Source: Macrostomum lignano | Lineage: Eukaryota | Direction of reading: 5' to 3' | Length of the DNA stretch: 64,000 nucleotides | Assembly: GCA_002269645.1 (NCBI GenBank) | Contig: NIVC01001116.1 | Span: forward strand, 1 to 64,000 | The notes under the pieces: model-generated | Database searches by the model: none | Told to the model about the DNA's origin: nothing | Seen by the model: the letters and a program-made list of their open reading frames with translations, nothing else | Translations under genes and position numbers: made by a program | Shown: piece by piece, positions 61,017-64,000 of the stretch | Position numbering within the stretch: position 1 is the first letter of the stretch | How the letters are laid out: every line of letters begins with the position of its first letter

Positions 61017-62032
61017 ACTGTGTATTCTTTGTGCTCTTGTATAGTGCCCGATTTGTTAGCCCCATGCGTTTCTTAAATCAGCACTCGCACACTCTCTCTA
61101 TTTATCCTTAAGCTTTCTGGCAAAAGCTCGCACCAATGCAATTATATTTATCCAACGCGTCAATATGCGATATTTAGTCAATGCGATACAGTAAAATCAT
61201 TTAGCAATTTCAATTGATTTCTGCGCATCCGATTGAATTGTAAACTTCTCCGCACGCCATCAAAGTGCAGAAGTATTCCCCCCTCTCTCTCTCTGCTATT
61301 TGTGAGCCAAGCTTTCTATGCCCCGTTTAGGTCAAGTGCCCCGGATCCAGGCCTTGTCCTCAACGGAGGCCATTTGAGGACTCGACCCCTTTTCTTTGTT
61401 TGATTTTGTTCGAGCCTGGGAATGTTTTAGGGGCTGCTAATTTGGCTCCCTTTCCCAGTGCCCCTACATGATAATATCAGTCGCTAACCTATCCTATTAA
61501 ATTTTATCTTAGTATGAAGGAGCCCGCCAATTGCTCCTTTATTTTTCTATCCTTTCAAGTTGTTACTGTTTACACTTTATTCAGTTTTCTAATAGCCGAC
61601 CCCTTTTATGTGAGCCGTTTAAGGCGCCCTGATTTCATTCAATTTGGACCCCCTTGCCGCTGCTGCAGTTAACTGCAGCAGCGGCAGCAGTTTTATGACT
61701 TATGAGTTTTATGACTTTACTATTTGTAACCTACCCCACCTCCGTGTGTGCCCGCCATAGAGTACAAGCGAGGTGGTGGACGTCCCCCGTGTTTGGAAAC
61801 CTTCTCCAGCGGCGGGTGAAATTTTGTCGTATTTAAGGCAGCGCTTTACTTTGGTCCCAATTTCCTCAAACTGTAATTTGTCTCTCTGCTAAACATATAT
61901 ATTTTCTCCTTCGGCTACTATTTTGACTGCGTTCATCCCCCATCGTCTACTTGTAATTAGATCCTCCTGTAAATATTTTTGCTTACCCATTAGTTTTATT
62001 TATTTATTTTGTTTGCGTACAACTACGACGAC

Positions 62033-62686
62033 ATGTCCAGCCCAAACCATTTGTCAACCAGCGACTCTGCCCCTCGTGTGTCTGATTTGGAGGCTACGCT
62101 GCAGCGGGCACCTTGGCTCAGCCAGGAGGACGCCATTACCCTACGAGTGTATAACGCAGCTGCGATCGGAGCAGCACCGGCGCACATCTGCCTATAACAG
62201 GCATTGTTCTACGCATTCTCGCAGGCCGTTGAGAAGGGCCGGGTACAGATCGACGCCCCTTGGCGGCAGCTCTGCGGCATTATGCCCCCGGCATCCACCA
62301 GAGACCTCCTCGACGAGCAGCTGGGCCGAGCCGAAGTTCACCTCCGACAGAAGGGCCAGCCCCAGCCGGCCCTAGCTTTCTTTCTCGCGTTGGCCTATTT
62401 CGAGGCCAGACATTTGGAGGCCGGATGGGACGAGTGGCTTAAGGCCTTCTGGGACGCGGCTGTTGAAAAGTTCCCTGAGCGGCTCCGACTCGTTGACGGT
62501 TGCGTCACCATCCAGGGCTGGCCCCCAGCCGAAAGTTCTGCGCCCATCAAGGCGCCGCCTCAGCCGCCTCAGCCACCTCAGCCGCCCCAACCGCCGCAAC
62601 CGACCCAGCCAGGAGCCCAACCTGCACGCGACTCTCGTGGCCAAGGACGAGGTACGACAGCGGGAGCTGCGGTTTCTCGCCGCTAA
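62033..62686 (+). CDS. Extra ORF before the 3' LTR (about 217 aa, one internal TAA at 62195-62197), unknown function
   Basis: MSSPNHL... and ...ALFYAFSQ... are in the same frame; helical body with Pro/Gln tail. Confidence 0.55.
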
Positions 62687-62705
62687 ATGCCGGCCACCCC
62701 ACGCA

Positions 62706-64000
62706 TGTGGCAGGCGAGTTGCCACAAAGAATTGATCAGATTTGATGAAATTGAACTTTGGGACATGAACATGGCGCACGTGGAGTTCCCTAGCTTTGCT
62801 TTTGCATCACTCCCATTGCAGTGTGTCTTCGTTCCGTTCCATGTATTTTGTCGCATGTGGCGGGATTTCTCTTTTAATTTTGTTTTTCATTAGTGTTGGA
62901 TATGCCGCACCGTCTCATGTCCTTCTCTGTATATTTTTGCCCCGATGCATGTCCACTCCTTGGCCATACTGTGTGGTCCAAGCCCCTTTTGCCTATATAA
63001 CTCGCAATGAATTTTGCATGAGGTTTTATTCTCCCTCTCCCTTCCCCCCTTTTTGTTTGTGTTTTCTTGGCATTTTAAGTTTTGTTTAGGCTTGTGTTTA
63101 AGTTTAGTTTTCCTTGTTTAGAGTCCTTAACGCTTTCTCTTACTTTTATTTCTGGTATCTTATATCTTGTGTTTTCAAGTCACACCCCCATCTTCATCAA
63201 AGTCATTCGTCATTAATTAATATTTAACATTTGCTTATTAAGCCTGCTTTAATAAACTTAATTCAACTTAATAAACTTAGTAACTCCGATTTTTCAATAT
63301 CTATTCAATATCCAAAGCCATAGTATATCTTAAGTCATACATGCGCAACAGTCGGCCGAGTCGGCCGATTGATTTGGCAGCCAACCATGGAAGTCGCAAA
63401 AATGCCCACCCAAAAAACACCAAGTAGTAGTACTAAGTAGCTGACGAGGCATTTTTGCCTGATAAGACAGTCATGGTTACTCCCGCCGTTTACCCAAAGT
63501 TGCGTTAATTTTGCTTTAGGTTTTTTTACATGTAAGTCGCATTTTTGGCCAAAAACTACGCTCGTACGTCGCATTTTTTGTTAAAACTAAGTCGCACGGC
63601 CGACCGAATTTTGGACGTTGCGCATGTATGTCTTAAGTCATTTGCCCGTGGGGTGTAAAATAACCAAGTACTCATCTCAAAGAAAGCTCTGAGACTTATT
63701 TGTTCCGTAATACGTAAATTACGGTGGTGGCAGCAACTACCCTATTGAAAGTAATCAGCTCGACAACCCTACGCATCAGTTTACGGAGTCAGAAAATCTC
63801 CAGTGCTTCATCGCTTTGAACGACCGCGCCGCTACACGACTGCTCCGCTACGATACAACTACTCTTCCCCCGGACTTGAGAACCTGGCAGTCGGAGAAAA
63901 AGGAGAAATTTTCTTGTTGAGTTTCGTCTGCGCGATTTTCCGGTTTATTCATGCGAACTAAACGTTTCCACAGAATTTCAAACGAGGAATCCGCCCCCAC
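62706..64000 (+). repeat. 3' LTR (last few bases beyond the window) carrying a hAT MITE
   Basis: Starts TGTGGCAGGCGAG; direct repeat of 53510-54504. Confidence 0.9.
63336..63630. mobile_element. hAT-type MITE, copy 2 (inverted relative to copy 1)
   Basis: Same TIRs; 8-bp TSD TCTTAAGT; absent from the 5' LTR at the homologous site. Confidence 0.9.

Larger units (their letters stand above)
53510..64000 (+). mobile_element. Near full-length decayed Ty3/Gypsy LTR retrotransposon (5' LTR 53510-54504; 3' LTR from 62706 to just past the window end)
   Basis: Two about 1-kb direct repeats, PBS TGGTGTCA, then gag, PR, RT, RNase H and INT in Gypsy order with stops and frameshifts. Confidence 0.95.

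Overview
Eukaryotic nuclear DNA from an invertebrate animal, judged from spliceosomal genes, tRNA-derived SINEs and dense minisatellites (a flatworm such as Macrostomum is only a guess). Bases 1-12551 are the right part of an AT-rich Polinton/Maverick (adintovirus-like) endogenous virus. It carries the pPolB C-terminus, a two-TM gasderminX-like gene, a fibre-like gene, an adenain protease, minor and major capsid proteins, a packaging ATPase, an HNH endonuclease and a PLA2-integrase ORF. Its AGTAGT terminus interrupts an intronless ankyrin-TRP channel gene. The main discovery is a 303-nt IC1-like group I intron at 10210-10512. It splits the Ca2+-binding loop (NFTG^PGT) of the PLA2-integrase ORF, has compensatory pairings in P1, P3, P7, P9.0 and P10, ends in A instead of G, and sits just downstream of a free-standing HNH gene. 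The element is also scattered with GC-rich triloop mini-hairpins. The rest of the window is host DNA: a 4-exon helical-repeat/ankyrin/cGAS-like (Mab-21) gene (1676 aa), a short C2+DSL Notch-ligand-like gene, SNX27, SINEs, Harbinger- and hAT-type MITEs, a 2.2-kb solo LTR, two degraded Gypsy remnants, one near full-length decayed Gypsy element with an extra 3' ORF, and many tandem repeats. Everything was read by eye; no searches or folding were run, and repeat boundaries are approximate.
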